Under the pieces are notes generated by a model, which did no database searches, was not told where the DNA came from, and worked only from the letters and a program-made list of their open reading frames with translations. A stretch of DNA of 64,000 bases from an uncultured Rikenellaceae bacterium (GTDB lineage Bacteria > Bacteroidota > Bacteroidia > Bacteroidales > VadinHA17): contig CAZGGZ010000004.1 of NCBI GenBank assembly GCA_964525415.1, positions 6,758 through 70,757 on the forward strand, read 5' to 3'. Both the position numbers and the translations under genes were made by a program. Shown piece by piece: positions 28,008 to 39,400 of the stretch (the stretch's first letter is position 1; each line of letters starts with the position of its first letter).

Positions 28008-30647
28008 ATGCCAATGGAGATCCCGTCAAAATATGAACCTGCAAAAGCGGAAGGCAAATGGTACCGTTACTGGATGAAGCATGGTTTCTTCAGAAGCATT
28101 CCGGATGAAAGGGAACCGTACACTATAGTCATCCCGCCGCCAAATGTGACCGGTGTTCTCCATATGGGGCACATGCTTAACAACACCATCCAGGATGTTC
28201 TGGTGCGGAGAGCAAGAATGCTCGGGAAGAATGCCTGCTGGGTGCCCGGGACCGATCATGCTTCAATCGCGACTGAAGCAAAAGTTGTGGCAAAGCTAAA
28301 AAGCGAAGGTATAGACAAGAGAAATATTCCGCGAGAAGAATTCCTTGAGCATGCATGGGAATGGACAAACAGGCATGGCGGTATAATTCTCGAACAGCTG
28401 AAAAGACTTGGAGCCTCATGCGACTGGGACAGAACCCTGTTCACTATGGACAGGGAGAGATATGAGTCTGTTATCAGGGTATTTGTTGACCTGTTCAACA
28501 AGGGATTGATATACCGGGGTGTCCGCATGGTGAACTGGGATCCTCAGGCAAGAACCGCTGTTTCGGACGAGGAGGTGTATTTCACTGAGGAGCAGTCAAA
28601 GCTATATTATGTCAGGTATAAAATAGTCGGCTGGAACGATTATATAACCGTTGCCACAACACGTCCGGAAACCATACTTGGTGATACTGCAGTCTGCGCA
28701 AATCCTGACGACAAGAGATACCGGCATCTGAAAGGCAAGAAAGTAATTGTTCCGATGGCAAACAGGGAAGTGCCTTTCATTTTTGATGAATATGTTGATA
28801 TGGAGTTCGGAACAGGATGCCTCAAGATCACTCCGGCGCACGATATTAATGACTACGTGATAGGGCAGAAGCATAAGCTTCCGTCAGTGGATATCTTCAA
28901 TGATGATGGTACAATAAGCAGGGAGGCTGCAATGTTTGTCGGTATTGACAGGTTTGCGGCCAAGGATCTTGCTGAAAAGGAACTTAAGAGAACAGGAAAC
29001 CTTGTGAAGGTTGTTCCATATAAAAATAAGATAGGCCGTTCAGAAAGAACCCATGCTGTGATTGAACCAAAGCTCTCCATGCAATGGTTCCTGAAAATGG
29101 AAAAGCTATCCCGTCCTGCTCTGGATGCAGTCATGAAAGGAGAAGTACATCTTCACCCGGCAAAATTCAAAAACCTGTACCGCCACTGGATGGAAAATGT
29201 TCATGACTGGTGCATAAGCCGTCAGTTATGGTGGGGGCACAGGATCCCGACCTGGTATTATGACAATAATGAATTTGTTGTCGCAGAGAATGAAGCTGAA
29301 GCAATAAAGCTGGCCAGGGAAAAAACCGGCAATAAATCGCTCACTGAAAAAGACCTCCGGCAGGATGAGGATGTGCTCGATACATGGTTCTCCTCATGGC
29401 TCTGGCCAATAACTTCTTTTAATGGCATAAACAAGCCCGACAACCCTGACCTGAAATATTATTACCCCACAAATGACCTGATAACTGCACCTGAGATCCT
29501 TTTTTTCTGGGTCGCCAGGATGATTATAGCTGGTTATGAATTCCGTGGTCAGAAGCCTTTTGACAATGTTTATCTTACAGGACTGGTCCGTGACCAGCAA
29601 CGCAGAAAAATGTCAAAATCACTTGGCAACTCACCTGAACCTCTTGATCTGATTGACAAGTATGGAGCTGACGGTGTAAGGGTTGGAATGCTCTTATGCT
29701 CACCGGCAGGAAACGACCTGCTTTATGACGATTCCCTTCCTGAGCAGGGACGGAACTTTGCAAATAAGATATGGAACGCGTTCAGGCTCATAAAAGGATG
29801 GAAGGTTGATGAAAAGGCAATCCAGCCGGAATCCTCAAAGGCGGCAGGCAAATGGATGAATGAAGTGCTCAAAAAGGCAACAGCTGAGATTGATACCGCG
29901 TTCAGGAGATTCAGGATCTCCGAAGCACTGATGATCGTTTACAAACTGTTCTGGGATGAGTTTTCAGGATGGTATCTTGAAATTATCAAGCCTGAGTTTG
30001 AAAAGCCAATTGATAAAAAGACTCTTGAATCGACAACCGGCTTTCTTGACAGCCTGCTGAAGCTCCTTCATCCTTTCATGCCGTTTATCACCGAGGAAAT
30101 ATGGCAGACGCTTGGCGAGAAGGCGGAGGGAGAAAGCCTTATGATCAGCAGAATGCCCGAATCAAAGAGATGCAAAAAGGATGTCATAAACCGGTTCGGG
30201 GTTATCAGGGAGATAATAAGCTCTGTCAGAACCGTGAGAAAAGGGAATGACCTGCCGAATAAGGAAAAGGTAATATTATTTATAAAAGCTGAAGAAAACA
30301 GTTTTGACAGTGAGTTTCTGCCTGTTCTTATAAAGCTCTGCAATCTGTCAGAAATAAAATTCATCAACAAAAAACCTGAGGGAACAGTATCATTTATGGT
30401 ACAAACAGCAGAGTTTTTCATTCCCCGGGTCGGAAAAGCTGACAGAGAAGGGGAATTAATCAAGATAAAAGAGGATCTGAATTATTACAGGGGATTTCTT
30501 GCTTCAATCATGAAGAAGCTTGATAATGAGCGATTTGTTCAGAATGCTCCGGCTGATGTCCTCGAACTCGAAAGAAAGAAAAAAAGTGACACTGAATCAA
30601 AAATAAAGTCGCTGGAGGAAAGGAAAAAAGAGTTGGAAAGTCTATAA
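28008..30647 (+). CDS. valS: valine--tRNA ligase
   Basis: 879 aa. Class I HIGH-type motif (GVLHMGHML), KMSKS, and a C-terminal coiled coil. Confidence 0.96.
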   Translation: MPMEIPSKYEPAKAEGKWYRYWMKHGFFRSIPDEREPYTIVIPPPNVTGVLHMGHMLNNTIQDVLVRRARMLGKNACWVPGTDHASIATEAKVVAKLKSEGIDKRNIPREEFLEHAWEWTNRHGGIILEQLKRLGASCDWDRTLFTMDRERYESVIRVFVDLFNKGLIYRGVRMVNWDPQARTAVSDEEVYFTEEQSKLYYVRYKIVGWNDYITVATTRPETILGDTAVCANPDDKRYRHLKGKKVIVPMANREVPFIFDEYVDMEFGTGCLKITPAHDINDYVIGQKHKLPSVDIFNDDGTISREAAMFVGIDRFAAKDLAEKELKRTGNLVKVVPYKNKIGRSERTHAVIEPKLSMQWFLKMEKLSRPALDAVMKGEVHLHPAKFKNLYRHWMENVHDWCISRQLWWGHRIPTWYYDNNEFVVAENEAEAIKLAREKTGNKSLTEKDLRQDEDVLDTWFSSWLWPITSFNGINKPDNPDLKYYYPTNDLITAPEILFFWVARMIIAGYEFRGQKPFDNVYLTGLVRDQQRRKMSKSLGNSPEPLDLIDKYGADGVRVGMLLCSPAGNDLLYDDSLPEQGRNFANKIWNAFRLIKGWKVDEKAIQPESSKAAGKWMNEVLKKATAEIDTAFRRFRISEALMIVYKLFWDEFSGWYLEIIKPEFEKPIDKKTLESTTGFLDSLLKLLHPFMPFITEEIWQTLGEKAEGESLMISRMPESKRCKKDVINRFGVIREIISSVRTVRKGNDLPNKEKVILFIKAEENSFDSEFLPVLIKLCNLSEIKFINKKPEGTVSFMVQTAEFFIPRVGKADREGELIKIKEDLNYYRGFLASIMKKLDNERFVQNAPADVLELERKKKSDTESKIKSLEERKKELESL

Positions 30648-30705
30648 AGTCTGTAAAGCCAACAAGTAAAAGACATTAAGACAATCAGACAGCCAGACAA
30701 TAAGG

Positions 30706-32007
30706 TCACAGCGTTCGCTTTCTTATAAGATAATTCTGCTCGACCTGTATTATCTCCCAGTCGTTATTCAGTATTAGCTGCCATCCTTCTCCTTCAATAC
30801 GGTTTTTATCTTCCCTGAACCCTTTGGCTGATATCCTCAGGTATCTGAAATTATTTGATACCAGGCAGCCTCCCTTGTCGACGGTCAGTTTGCCCCAGTT
30901 ATCGGAAATCCTTATTTTGCTGTATATGGTGCCAAGTGTATCCATGGGGTGGATGTCCTCAGGTTCAAAATCAAAGTAAGGACTTTCAAGCTCAAGGAAA
31001 ACAACCGGTTTTTCCGTAAAAGTGCCGGTTTCCCTCTGTATTCTTTCTCTTATCTGAATATCTCTCCGGGTTTCCTCTTCCACAATCTTCTCAAGGTCAT
31101 AATTCAGGGCAATGCTTCCAGCTACATCGCGGCATACTTCAGGAAGCTGGATCTGATAAAGTTCCCTGACAAGGTTACCCATATCCATGTCAGCAGAATC
31201 GAGTTTTGAAAAATCGAATCCTTTCTGATTGAGCAATGTTGCATACAGAGCACCATGAATAAATCCATACGACCTTGAATAGGAAATGAAGGAATATATA
31301 CGGTCAAGATATTCAAACAGCCTTGTTATATATTCTTCGGGTGAACCGGTTGAAAGTTTTATATAAGTAAAAGTCGCAAGTCCTTCATAATTTTCAAACC
31401 TTGTCTGATCCAATGCATAGTTTTGAAAGCTTTCACGGTTTGATCCCCTGAATATCAGTGCATCCCTTATTGCAAGCTGTTTTTCAGCACCTTCAGCAGT
31501 TATTGCTTTACGAAGAGCCTTCCATTCAAGCTTGATCCACAGTCTGGCATTCTTCTCATCCATGATACTGATATTGAAATCAGCAGATGTATAGCCGTCT
31601 GATTCCTGGAAATAATGAAAAAGACTATGGATTGAACGTGAAATGATCCTGAACTCATCCTCTTCACCGGGCAGGGGAACCATGGCGAAAAGAGTTCCGC
31701 CGAAAGTGACAGGGATATTATTTATAATTAATTCCCGGGGGTAAACTCCCGTATAAATACCGTCTTTTTCTCTTAACAGACCTTCCTTGTCCTGTTGATT
31801 GGCTGTTATTTTCCTCGTCGTCCTGTCAACAAACATCATCGGACCATAGAGGTTTTTCCCCCAGAGATTGCCGTTGTCCCTGTTGCAGGCAGCCTCTATT
31901 TTACCGAAATATTCCCTTGCTTTCTCAGGGGTCAGGTATGAATTATCTTCTTCGCCGCCGCATCCGGCAAGGAAAAGCAAAAGAACAATTTTTATCCATC
32001 TATTCAT
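30706..32007 (-). CDS. hypothetical lipoprotein
   Basis: 433 aa from the ATG at 32007. Lipoprotein signal MNRWIKIVLLLFLAGC. No recognisable family. The longer track ORF (to 32328) would run through the neighbouring divergent gene start and its promoter. Confidence 0.6.
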   Translation of the reverse strand: MNRWIKIVLLLFLAGCGGEEDNSYLTPEKAREYFGKIEAACNRDNGNLWGKNLYGPMMFVDRTTRKITANQQDKEGLLREKDGIYTGVYPRELIINNIPVTFGGTLFAMVPLPGEEDEFRIISRSIHSLFHYFQESDGYTSADFNISIMDEKNARLWIKLEWKALRKAITAEGAEKQLAIRDALIFRGSNRESFQNYALDQTRFENYEGLATFTYIKLSTGSPEEYITRLFEYLDRIYSFISYSRSYGFIHGALYATLLNQKGFDFSKLDSADMDMGNLVRELYQIQLPEVCRDVAGSIALNYDLEKIVEEETRRDIQIRERIQRETGTFTEKPVVFLELESPYFDFEPEDIHPMDTLGTIYSKIRISDNWGKLTVDKGGCLVSNNFRYLRISAKGFREDKNRIEGEGWQLILNNDWEIIQVEQNYLIRKRTL

Positions 32008-32108
32008 CAGATACTTTTTGCTGCTCCAAAAATAATCAAAATTCCAAAGCGGCATAAGCCGTTTGGATATAGAACGACATTTATCATAATCTGTTCCGAT
32101 TAAATACC

Positions 32109-32116
32109 TAATTTTG
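32109..32116 (+). promoter_or_regulatory. candidate -7 promoter box (TAATTTTG)
   Basis: Exact TAnnTTTG match 20 nt upstream of the ATG at 32137. Confidence 0.45.
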
Positions 32117-32136
32117 CATGCTTTAATTGTTGTATA

Positions 32137-33642
32137 ATGAAGAATAATGATATACTGCTGAATCCCAATGAACTGGTTCAATATCTGAAGAAGCCGGCGC
32201 ATGATTTTACACGCGACGATATAATGAAGTTCATTGAAGCCAAAGGGATAACAATGGTCAATTTCAGGTATGTCGCCGAAGACGGCAAGCTGAAATCTCT
32301 CAACTTCGTGCCGTTCAGCCGCGATCATCTTGAATCAATACTTACAGCCGGAGAGAGAGTTGACGGTTCAAGCCTCTTCTCCTCAGTAGGGTCAGGGTCA
32401 AGCGACATGTATGTTATTCCAAGGTACCGGACAGCTTTTGTCAATCCTTTTACTGAGTCTCCGGCGCTGGAAATTCTTTGTTCCTTTTATGGCAGCGACG
32501 GAAAACCTCTTGAAACCTCGCCGGAATATATCCTGAAAAAAGCCTACACTCGCTTTGTTAAAAAAACGGGATTCAGGCTCAGGATATTTGGTGAACTGGA
32601 ATACTATATAAAATCGATCCATGACGATCTTTATCCGCTGATTGACCAGAAGGGATATCACCAGTCAATACCTTTCGCAAAGTTTGAGGACCTGAGAATT
32701 AAGGCTCTGAATTTATGTGCAAGGGCAGGTTGCAGGATAAAATATGGTCATTCGGAAGTTGGAAGTTTTACCAGGGGAGATGAGGATTTTGAGCAGCACG
32801 AGATTGAATTTCTGCCTGTTGAGCCGGAGGAAGCTGTTGATCAGCTGATAATAGCAAAGTGGATACTCCGGGTGCTCGGTTATGAGTATGGAGTTGAGGT
32901 CAGTTTTGCACCCAAGATCACAGTAGGCAAAGCAGGTTCGGGAATGCATATCCATATGATGCTGGAAAAGGATGGCATGAACCAGATGATCGAAAACAGT
33001 CAGCTGAGCCAGACAGCCAGGAAAATGATGGCAGGAATACTGGATCTTTCTAAAGCGCTTACTGCATTCGGAAATACTATTCCCACTTCTTATCTGAGGC
33101 TGGTGCCCCATCAGGAGGCTCCGACAAATATCTGCTGGGGCGACAGGAACAGATCGGTTCTTATCAGGGTTCCCCTGGGCTGGAACGGCGCGATGAGCAT
33201 GATAAAGGATGCAAATCCTGAGGATAAAACTGAATTCGAGGATATGCCCTCTAAACAGACAGTCGAGCTGAGATCTCCCGATGGTTCGGCAGATATTTAC
33301 AAGCTTCTGGCAGGACTGGTTATAGCTGTTGAACATGGACTTGAGATGCCGGGTGCCCTTAAGATGGCAGAGGATCTTTATGTCAGCTACAATATTTTCA
33401 CAGGCTCAGGCAGGGAGAAGAAGAAGAAACTTGAATCCCTTCCGGCATCCTGCTGGGAATCTGCTGACTGCCTCATAGAAAAAAGAGAATACTTCGAAAA
33501 GGATTGCGTATTTCCTTCAGGTGTAATTGATAATGTAGTGTCAAAGCTTAAAGCATTCAATGATAAGGATCTGAGTGAAAGAATTCATGATAAACCTGAT
33601 GAGATCAGCCAGCTGGTCAGACAGTTTCTTCATTGCAGCTGA
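32137..33642 (+). CDS. glutamine synthetase family protein (about 500-aa form)
   Basis: An N-terminal beta-grasp-like segment (VNFRYVAEDGKLKSLNF). Catalytic-domain blocks GELEYY, KYGHSEVG, GSGMHIHM and RLVP..EAP. Substrate not inferable from the sequence. Confidence 0.8.
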   Translation: MKNNDILLNPNELVQYLKKPAHDFTRDDIMKFIEAKGITMVNFRYVAEDGKLKSLNFVPFSRDHLESILTAGERVDGSSLFSSVGSGSSDMYVIPRYRTAFVNPFTESPALEILCSFYGSDGKPLETSPEYILKKAYTRFVKKTGFRLRIFGELEYYIKSIHDDLYPLIDQKGYHQSIPFAKFEDLRIKALNLCARAGCRIKYGHSEVGSFTRGDEDFEQHEIEFLPVEPEEAVDQLIIAKWILRVLGYEYGVEVSFAPKITVGKAGSGMHIHMMLEKDGMNQMIENSQLSQTARKMMAGILDLSKALTAFGNTIPTSYLRLVPHQEAPTNICWGDRNRSVLIRVPLGWNGAMSMIKDANPEDKTEFEDMPSKQTVELRSPDGSADIYKLLAGLVIAVEHGLEMPGALKMAEDLYVSYNIFTGSGREKKKKLESLPASCWESADCLIEKREYFEKDCVFPSGVIDNVVSKLKAFNDKDLSERIHDKPDEISQLVRQFLHCS

Positions 33643-34555
33643 AAGTGCGGTTCCTTTCTTCCTCGTCCTCCCGGGCATCTTTAATACTGACATTCAGTTC
33701 AAAACCTATAAGCAGCGCTATTGCATTGAGGTACAGCCAGATGAGAATCACCATCAGAGTGCCTATCCATCCGTAAAGCTTGTTATATTGTCCGAGATTG
33801 TTCACGTATGCTGAAAAACCTAACGAAGTCACTATAAAAAGGATGGTTGCGAGAGTTGACCCTGGAGAAATAAATCTGAAATCACTTTTCCTTGCCGGCG
33901 CGAGATAATAAAGAAATGATATTGCCAGGAAGAGTAACCCTATGACCAGGATCCATTTAATAAAAACCACAATACCGATTACCAGGTTCCTCTCAAGAAT
34001 GTCTATTTCGACAAGATAATTGACAAACATTTTTCCGAAAATTACCAGGAAGCCTGCCAGGGCTATCATCAGCACAACGATAAAGAGCAGCAGGATGGAA
34101 ACCTTCCGCTGGTGAATCCATGATCTTGACTGAAAGGAATGAGCTGAAACCACAAAAGCATGGATAATTGCATGAATTCCGTTTGTTGAAAATATTATTG
34201 TGGCGATGAACATTGTAAGAAGCCATACGCCGCTTTTGTTAGTGACAATGTCTATGATGGTTGTCTCCAGGAAATTAAATGCATTTATGGGCAGCATATT
34301 TTCAAACAGCTCTATAAGCTCCTTCTGGAAATTAGGTATCGGTATAAAAGGAATCAGGGTGAAGAGAAATAATGTTGCAGGCAGCAAAGCCATCAGCAGG
34401 TTGAAAGCGATTGAGGAAGCCCTTGTGACAAGTACTCCTCTACGGAAGCCTTTTATAACGAATCTGAAAACATGACCGATAGGGATGCCGTCAAAGCCGG
34501 GAAGCACCAGTTTGCTCAGTCTTTCCTTCCCGTTTATCCCTTTTATGAAATGCAT
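33617..34555 (-). CDS. YihY/BrkB-family membrane protein
   Basis: 312 aa with about 6 TM segments. N-terminal block with RASSIAFNLLMALLP and C-terminal GWIGTLMVILIWLYL, typical of the family. Confidence 0.8.
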   Translation of the reverse strand: MHFIKGINGKERLSKLVLPGFDGIPIGHVFRFVIKGFRRGVLVTRASSIAFNLLMALLPATLFLFTLIPFIPIPNFQKELIELFENMLPINAFNFLETTIIDIVTNKSGVWLLTMFIATIIFSTNGIHAIIHAFVVSAHSFQSRSWIHQRKVSILLLFIVVLMIALAGFLVIFGKMFVNYLVEIDILERNLVIGIVVFIKWILVIGLLFLAISFLYYLAPARKSDFRFISPGSTLATILFIVTSLGFSAYVNNLGQYNKLYGWIGTLMVILIWLYLNAIALLIGFELNVSIKDAREDEEERNRTFSCNEETV

Positions 34556-34558
34556 TCG

Positions 34559-35401
34559 CTATACGGCTTTAAGACTCATATCGAGACTGTTGATATGATG
34601 TGTGAGGGCACCCACCGATATGAAATCAACTCCGCATTCTGCATAAGCCCTGACAGTATCGTATGTAATACCGCCTGATGATTCAATTTCGTACCTGTCA
34701 CCAATGAGCTTCACTGCAGCCTGTGTATCCTCGATGCTGAAATTGTCAAGCATTATTCTGTTTACTCCTCCTATATCCAGGATACTGCTGACATCTTCAA
34801 GGTTTCTGGCTTCTATTTCAATTTTGAGCTTCCTGCGGTTCCTGTTGAGATACTCCCTTGTTTTCTTAATGGCTTGCTCAATACCTCCGGCATATACTAT
34901 GTGATTATCCTTCAGCATTATCATATCAAATAATCCCATCCTGTGATTCAGTCCGCCTCCAATCCTTACAGCCTCCTTTTCAAGGAATCTCAGTCCGGGA
35001 GTTGTCTTCCGGGTGTCAAGTATCTTTGCCTTGGTGCCGGCTATGCTCGTGACATACTTATCCGTGCTCGTGGCAATTCCGCTCATCCTTTGCATAATGT
35101 TCAGCACCAGGCGTTCGGCTTTCAGGATCGACTGCTGCCTTCCCGAGACATAAAATGCAATATCTCCTGGTTTGATCCTGCTCCCGTCTTTAAGCAGTAT
35201 TTCACATAAGAGGGTATCATCTATCGCTGAAAAAGCCCTGGCTGCCACATCAACTCCTGCAATTATTCCATCTTCCTTGATCAGGAGCATGGCTTTACCC
35301 ATTGCTTCCCAGGGAATACAGGCAAGAGAGGAATGATCTCCATCCCCAAGATCTTCGCCGATACTTCTCAAAATAAACTCCCTGAGAACTCTATTTTCCA
35401 T
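34559..35401 (-). CDS. nadC: nicotinate-nucleotide diphosphorylase (carboxylating)
   Basis: 280 aa. QPRTase blocks ILDTRKTTPGLR, HRMGLFDMIMLKDNH and IEIESSGGI. Confidence 0.92.
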   Translation of the reverse strand: MENRVLREFILRSIGEDLGDGDHSSLACIPWEAMGKAMLLIKEDGIIAGVDVAARAFSAIDDTLLCEILLKDGSRIKPGDIAFYVSGRQQSILKAERLVLNIMQRMSGIATSTDKYVTSIAGTKAKILDTRKTTPGLRFLEKEAVRIGGGLNHRMGLFDMIMLKDNHIVYAGGIEQAIKKTREYLNRNRRKLKIEIEARNLEDVSSILDIGGVNRIMLDNFSIEDTQAAVKLIGDRYEIESSGGITYDTVRAYAECGVDFISVGALTHHINSLDMSLKAV

Positions 35402-35795
35402 TTTCAGCTTCGATGCGTATAGTATGAATAAGAAGCTCGGATCCCACTTTTTTCAGAAGGAAATAGACCCTGAAATCACCCCTCTCCGTCTTAAGTATGC
35501 CAATGGCATATTGTGCATCGCTTTTGGCGCCCTGGTGACGTATAATGAAATCCCTGGTCCTGTAGGTAGTGAAAAAATCATTCAGAATAGCTTCAGCTAC
35601 ATTCTTCTTGTAAAAGTCTTCCTTATCGAGAAGCAATACTCCTACCGTGGAATTCATATATTTTGAAAGCTCGGCGGCATTGCCTGCCTTGAATGCAATG
35701 GAAATCCCGTCAGGGATCTTTACCTGATCCTGTTCATTGAAGGTCAGCGTGCTGAGCGTTATGATTATTACCGGAACAATGTTAATGATCTGCAT
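35391..35795 (-). CDS. DUF4783-like small secreted protein
   Basis: 134 aa with an N-terminal hydrophobic segment. The pattern (ISIAFKAGNAAELSKYM... AILNDFF... YAIGILKTERGDFRVYFLLKK) resembles DUF4783, recalled from memory. Overlaps the nadC start by 11 nt. Confidence 0.5.
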   Translation of the reverse strand: MQIINIVPVIIITLSTLTFNEQDQVKIPDGISIAFKAGNAAELSKYMNSTVGVLLLDKEDFYKKNVAEAILNDFFTTYRTRDFIIRHQGAKSDAQYAIGILKTERGDFRVYFLLKKVGSELLIHTIRIEAENGK

Positions 35796-35835
35796 CTTGT
35801 CACTTTTTTCCCGCCCTGTATAACTCTTTGCATTA

Positions 35836-35843
35836 CAAATTTA
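35836..35843 (-). promoter_or_regulatory. candidate -7 promoter box (TAAATTTG) for the DUF4783-nadC-yihY unit
   Basis: The minus strand reads TAAATTTG, 41 nt upstream of the ATG at 35795. Confidence 0.4.
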
Positions 35844-35944
35844 ACTAATTTCATTAAAGAAAGCAGTTCTGACTGATCAATATAATTATAATTGCACGGG
35901 CACGTTTTTAATTATACTTTTACACAAAAGTCACGCCAATATTT

Positions 35945-36418
35945 ATGAAGATGGCTTTGCTGCAGACGGGAAAGACGTCAGAGAGGCATATTGCCGACGG
36001 AGTCAACATGTATTCGACACGTATCAGGAAATATACAGGATTCGAGATAATTACAATCCCTGATATAAAAAACAACAGGAATATGCCTGTGACTGAGCAG
36101 AAGATCAGGGAGGGTAAAAAGATACTCGAATCGGTTGGCAGGGACGATTATATTGTTCTGCTGGATGAGATGGGAAAAGAAATGAGGACTACTGAATTTG
36201 CTGACTGGATAAGAAAGCATTCAATGACGACAGGCAGGAGGACACTGTTTGTCACAGGCGGACCATGGGGAGTATCGGATGAGGTGTACAAGGCTTCTGA
36301 TTTCAGGTTATCGCTTTCAAAAATGACTTTTCCCCGCCAGCTTATCAGGCTGGTGTTCATGGAACAGCTTTACAGGGCTTTTACAATAATAAAAGGTGAG
36401 CCATATCACCATGAATAG
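35945..36418 (+). CDS. rlmH: 23S rRNA (pseudouridine1915-N3)-methyltransferase
   Basis: 157 aa, SPOUT family. Blocks LDE.GKE..T.EFA, F..GGPWG and the C-terminal GEPYHH. Confidence 0.9.
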   Translation: MKMALLQTGKTSERHIADGVNMYSTRIRKYTGFEIITIPDIKNNRNMPVTEQKIREGKKILESVGRDDYIVLLDEMGKEMRTTEFADWIRKHSMTTGRRTLFVTGGPWGVSDEVYKASDFRLSLSKMTFPRQLIRLVFMEQLYRAFTIIKGEPYHHE

Positions 36419-36434
36419 AATATAATTTGCCGGT

Positions 36435-39400
36435 ATGAACAGGAACAATCGCAGATTATTTCTTGCTATTTCCGCCGTCATCCTCCTGGCGGGTGCAATA
36501 ATCTCGGAATTAATCTATTTCAGTGATTATGAATATCATGTCAGGACAAGGAGATTTAATAAAATTCTCTCTGAGAAAGAGAAAGTGATGGAGGAGTGCC
36601 TTAATGACCTCAAACTGATACTCGCCAACGGAGAGCCCCATGGATCACTAAAGGAAAAAAATCTTTTCATGCTTGCCGGGGGAAACCGGATTACCATCCT
36701 GGAGTACATTGACAATAAGCTTATTCACTGGTCTGATAACGGATTTGATGTGCCCAGGGAAATACACGATGACTCTTTTTATGCGAAACCGATAATTTTC
36801 ATACAGAATGGCTGGTTCATTCCAAGAACAATCCAGGCAGGAAATGAGAAAATCGTCGGACTGCTCCGGGTAAGAACGGACTATGGTTTTGAAAATGATA
36901 TTATCAGGAATGGATTTGAAAGAGATTTCAAATTGCCTCAAGATGCAGGTTTTACCACTGTCAAGGATAGTTCAGGATACAACATTTACAGCGCTGGCGG
37001 TGATTTTCTGTTCTCAATTCTGTTTCCTGAGATAAAAAGCAACACTCCTCTGATCATAATACCGATATTATTCTGGTCATTGTTTTTCATAGCCCTGGTA
37101 TTGATGATACTGGCGCTTGCTAAAATAATGGCTGACAGGGGAATGAATGTCCCGGGCCTTCTTATTTCACTTGCTTTATTTGCCCTTCTTTATTTTGCTC
37201 TGCTTTTTACCAGTAAACCGGAGGTGATATTCCGGACCGGACTTTTCTCTTCCTACCATTTCTCGCTGAATGAACTGATCCCTTCCCTGGGACACCTTCT
37301 TCTGTTAAGCATTTTAGGTGCGGTGTTTTCGTTTTGTTTATATAAATACCTGCCTGAAGAGCCTGTGAACAGTGAAAACAAGCTGAAGAGTTTAACGGTA
37401 ATGAGTCTTTTTTTACTTGCCGCTTCATTATTCTCAGGTGTTCTCCATCATCTTTTCATTCACCTCGTCTCTGACTCAAACATAAGTTTTGAGACATACA
37501 GGATACTTAACCTGACATTTTACAGTGCAGCAGGATTTTGCAGCATATTCCTATTCTCGCTGGTACCTTTTTCCCTTGTGCTTAAGGTCGTAAGGATATG
37601 CAATGACGCCAGTCCGGGGAGGTATGCACTTCCTCTCATCATCTCCCTTGTTGTTCCGGCTGTCATGTTTTTCAGGGATCCCCTTTCTTTGCTGGTTGTT
37701 GCCCTCTTTTATTCCATACTCGTCCTGCTGATTGTGGTTACAGCGCGGAAAAAGACTGCAGACCTCAATATTACATTGCTGTTTTCATTGCTTCTCGGCC
37801 TTTATTCGCTTAATGTGATAACTGTTTTTTCAGAGAAGAAGAATACTGAGAAGCTGAAGATACAGGCTTTATCATTTTCAACCGAGAACGATCCCGAAGC
37901 GGAGCATCTTCTTCTGGATATGTGGCCTGTTATTACAAGTGATACTATTCTTGCAGGAATGATGAAGGCTGACATATTTGCACAGGCTGACGGAATAAAA
38001 ATCCAGGAAGATGTGAACTCAGTAATAACATACCTGCAGGAAAATTACTTTGCGGGGTACTGGGGGAATTTCAATGTGAATATAATCCTGTGCAGAAATG
38101 ACGGACCGCTGAGAATAGGACCCGGCCGGGACAACCTGGTGAACTGCTTTGAATTCTTTTATGGCCGGACAAAGAAATACGGACATCAGCTCACAGGGAC
38201 AGAATTCTATTTTATAGATTACCAGGCGGGAAGAGCCTATTATATTGGCAAGCTTCTTTTTGATACCGGCCACGGTACCACAAACGGATTATTTATTGAG
38301 CTTTTCAGCAATGTCACTATTTTCCAGTCAGGGTATTCGGAACTGCTTCTTGACAGGAAATTCCGCGGATATTCAGGTCTGAAAGATTATTCATTTGCGA
38401 AGTACATCAACGGTAAGATAGTTCTCAATTCAGGTGAATTTGCCTATAACAAGGAAGATGATGACTATATAGATGAGAATAATGATTACAGGTACTTCAA
38501 TTCCGGGTACTATAAGCATGTACTGTACAAAAACGGCAACACAACGATAATCATCAGCAGAAAAAGACTTACAACCGGAGACATGCTGGCATCATTTGCA
38601 TACCTGTTCACCTTTATTCTGCTCTTTACCAACCTGCTGCTTCTTCTTTTGCGCAGGCCTGATCTGCAAAAGCTCAGAAACCTTAATTTCAGGCAGAAGC
38701 TCCAGCTGTCCTTTATTGTGATACTTCTTTTCTCTTTTACCCTGATAGGTGTGGTTGTAACCTCACTGACCATCAATCAATACAAAGCAAAGCATTCTGA
38801 TACTATAAGGGAGAAACTCAATTCGGTTTATATTGAACTTGATAACAACCTGGCTGGTGAAAGAAACCTTTCAAACGACTGGAGAAACGATACCTACGGA
38901 TCACTGAATGAGTTTCTGGTAGGGCTTTCGAACATTTTCAACACAGATATAAATATATATGATCTGAACGGACACCTGATGGCAACTTCAAGAGAGGAGA
39001 TCTATTACCGTAATCTTACAAGCAGGAGAATGAACATCATGGCCTTTATCAATATGGAAACTCTTACTAAAAGCGAGTATATCCAGACAGAAAAAGTAGG
39101 GAGGATGGATTACCTTTCGGTTTATGTTCCGTTCTTCAATGCTGATAATAAATTGCTGGCCTATCTTAATCTGCCCTATTTCAGGATGCAGAGCATTCTG
39201 GCACGTGAGATATCCAACCTTGTTGTCGTAGTCATCAATTTCACACTTCTTCTGATACTTGTAACCATGGGATTTGCAGTTTTCCTCAGCGGAAGGCTGA
39301 CTTCTCCTCTTTCCATGCTGGGCGACGGGCTGGCATCAGTGAAACTGGGAAGGAAAGTAGAGCATCTCTCATACAGAGGAACCGATGAGATTGGAGACCT

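Noticed and set aside
32008-32328. A 107-aa N-terminal extension of the lipoprotein ORF, giving the 540-aa version.
   Set aside because: It would overlap the start and promoter box of the divergent glutamine-synthetase-family gene. The internal ATG at 32007 gives a textbook lipoprotein signal peptide.
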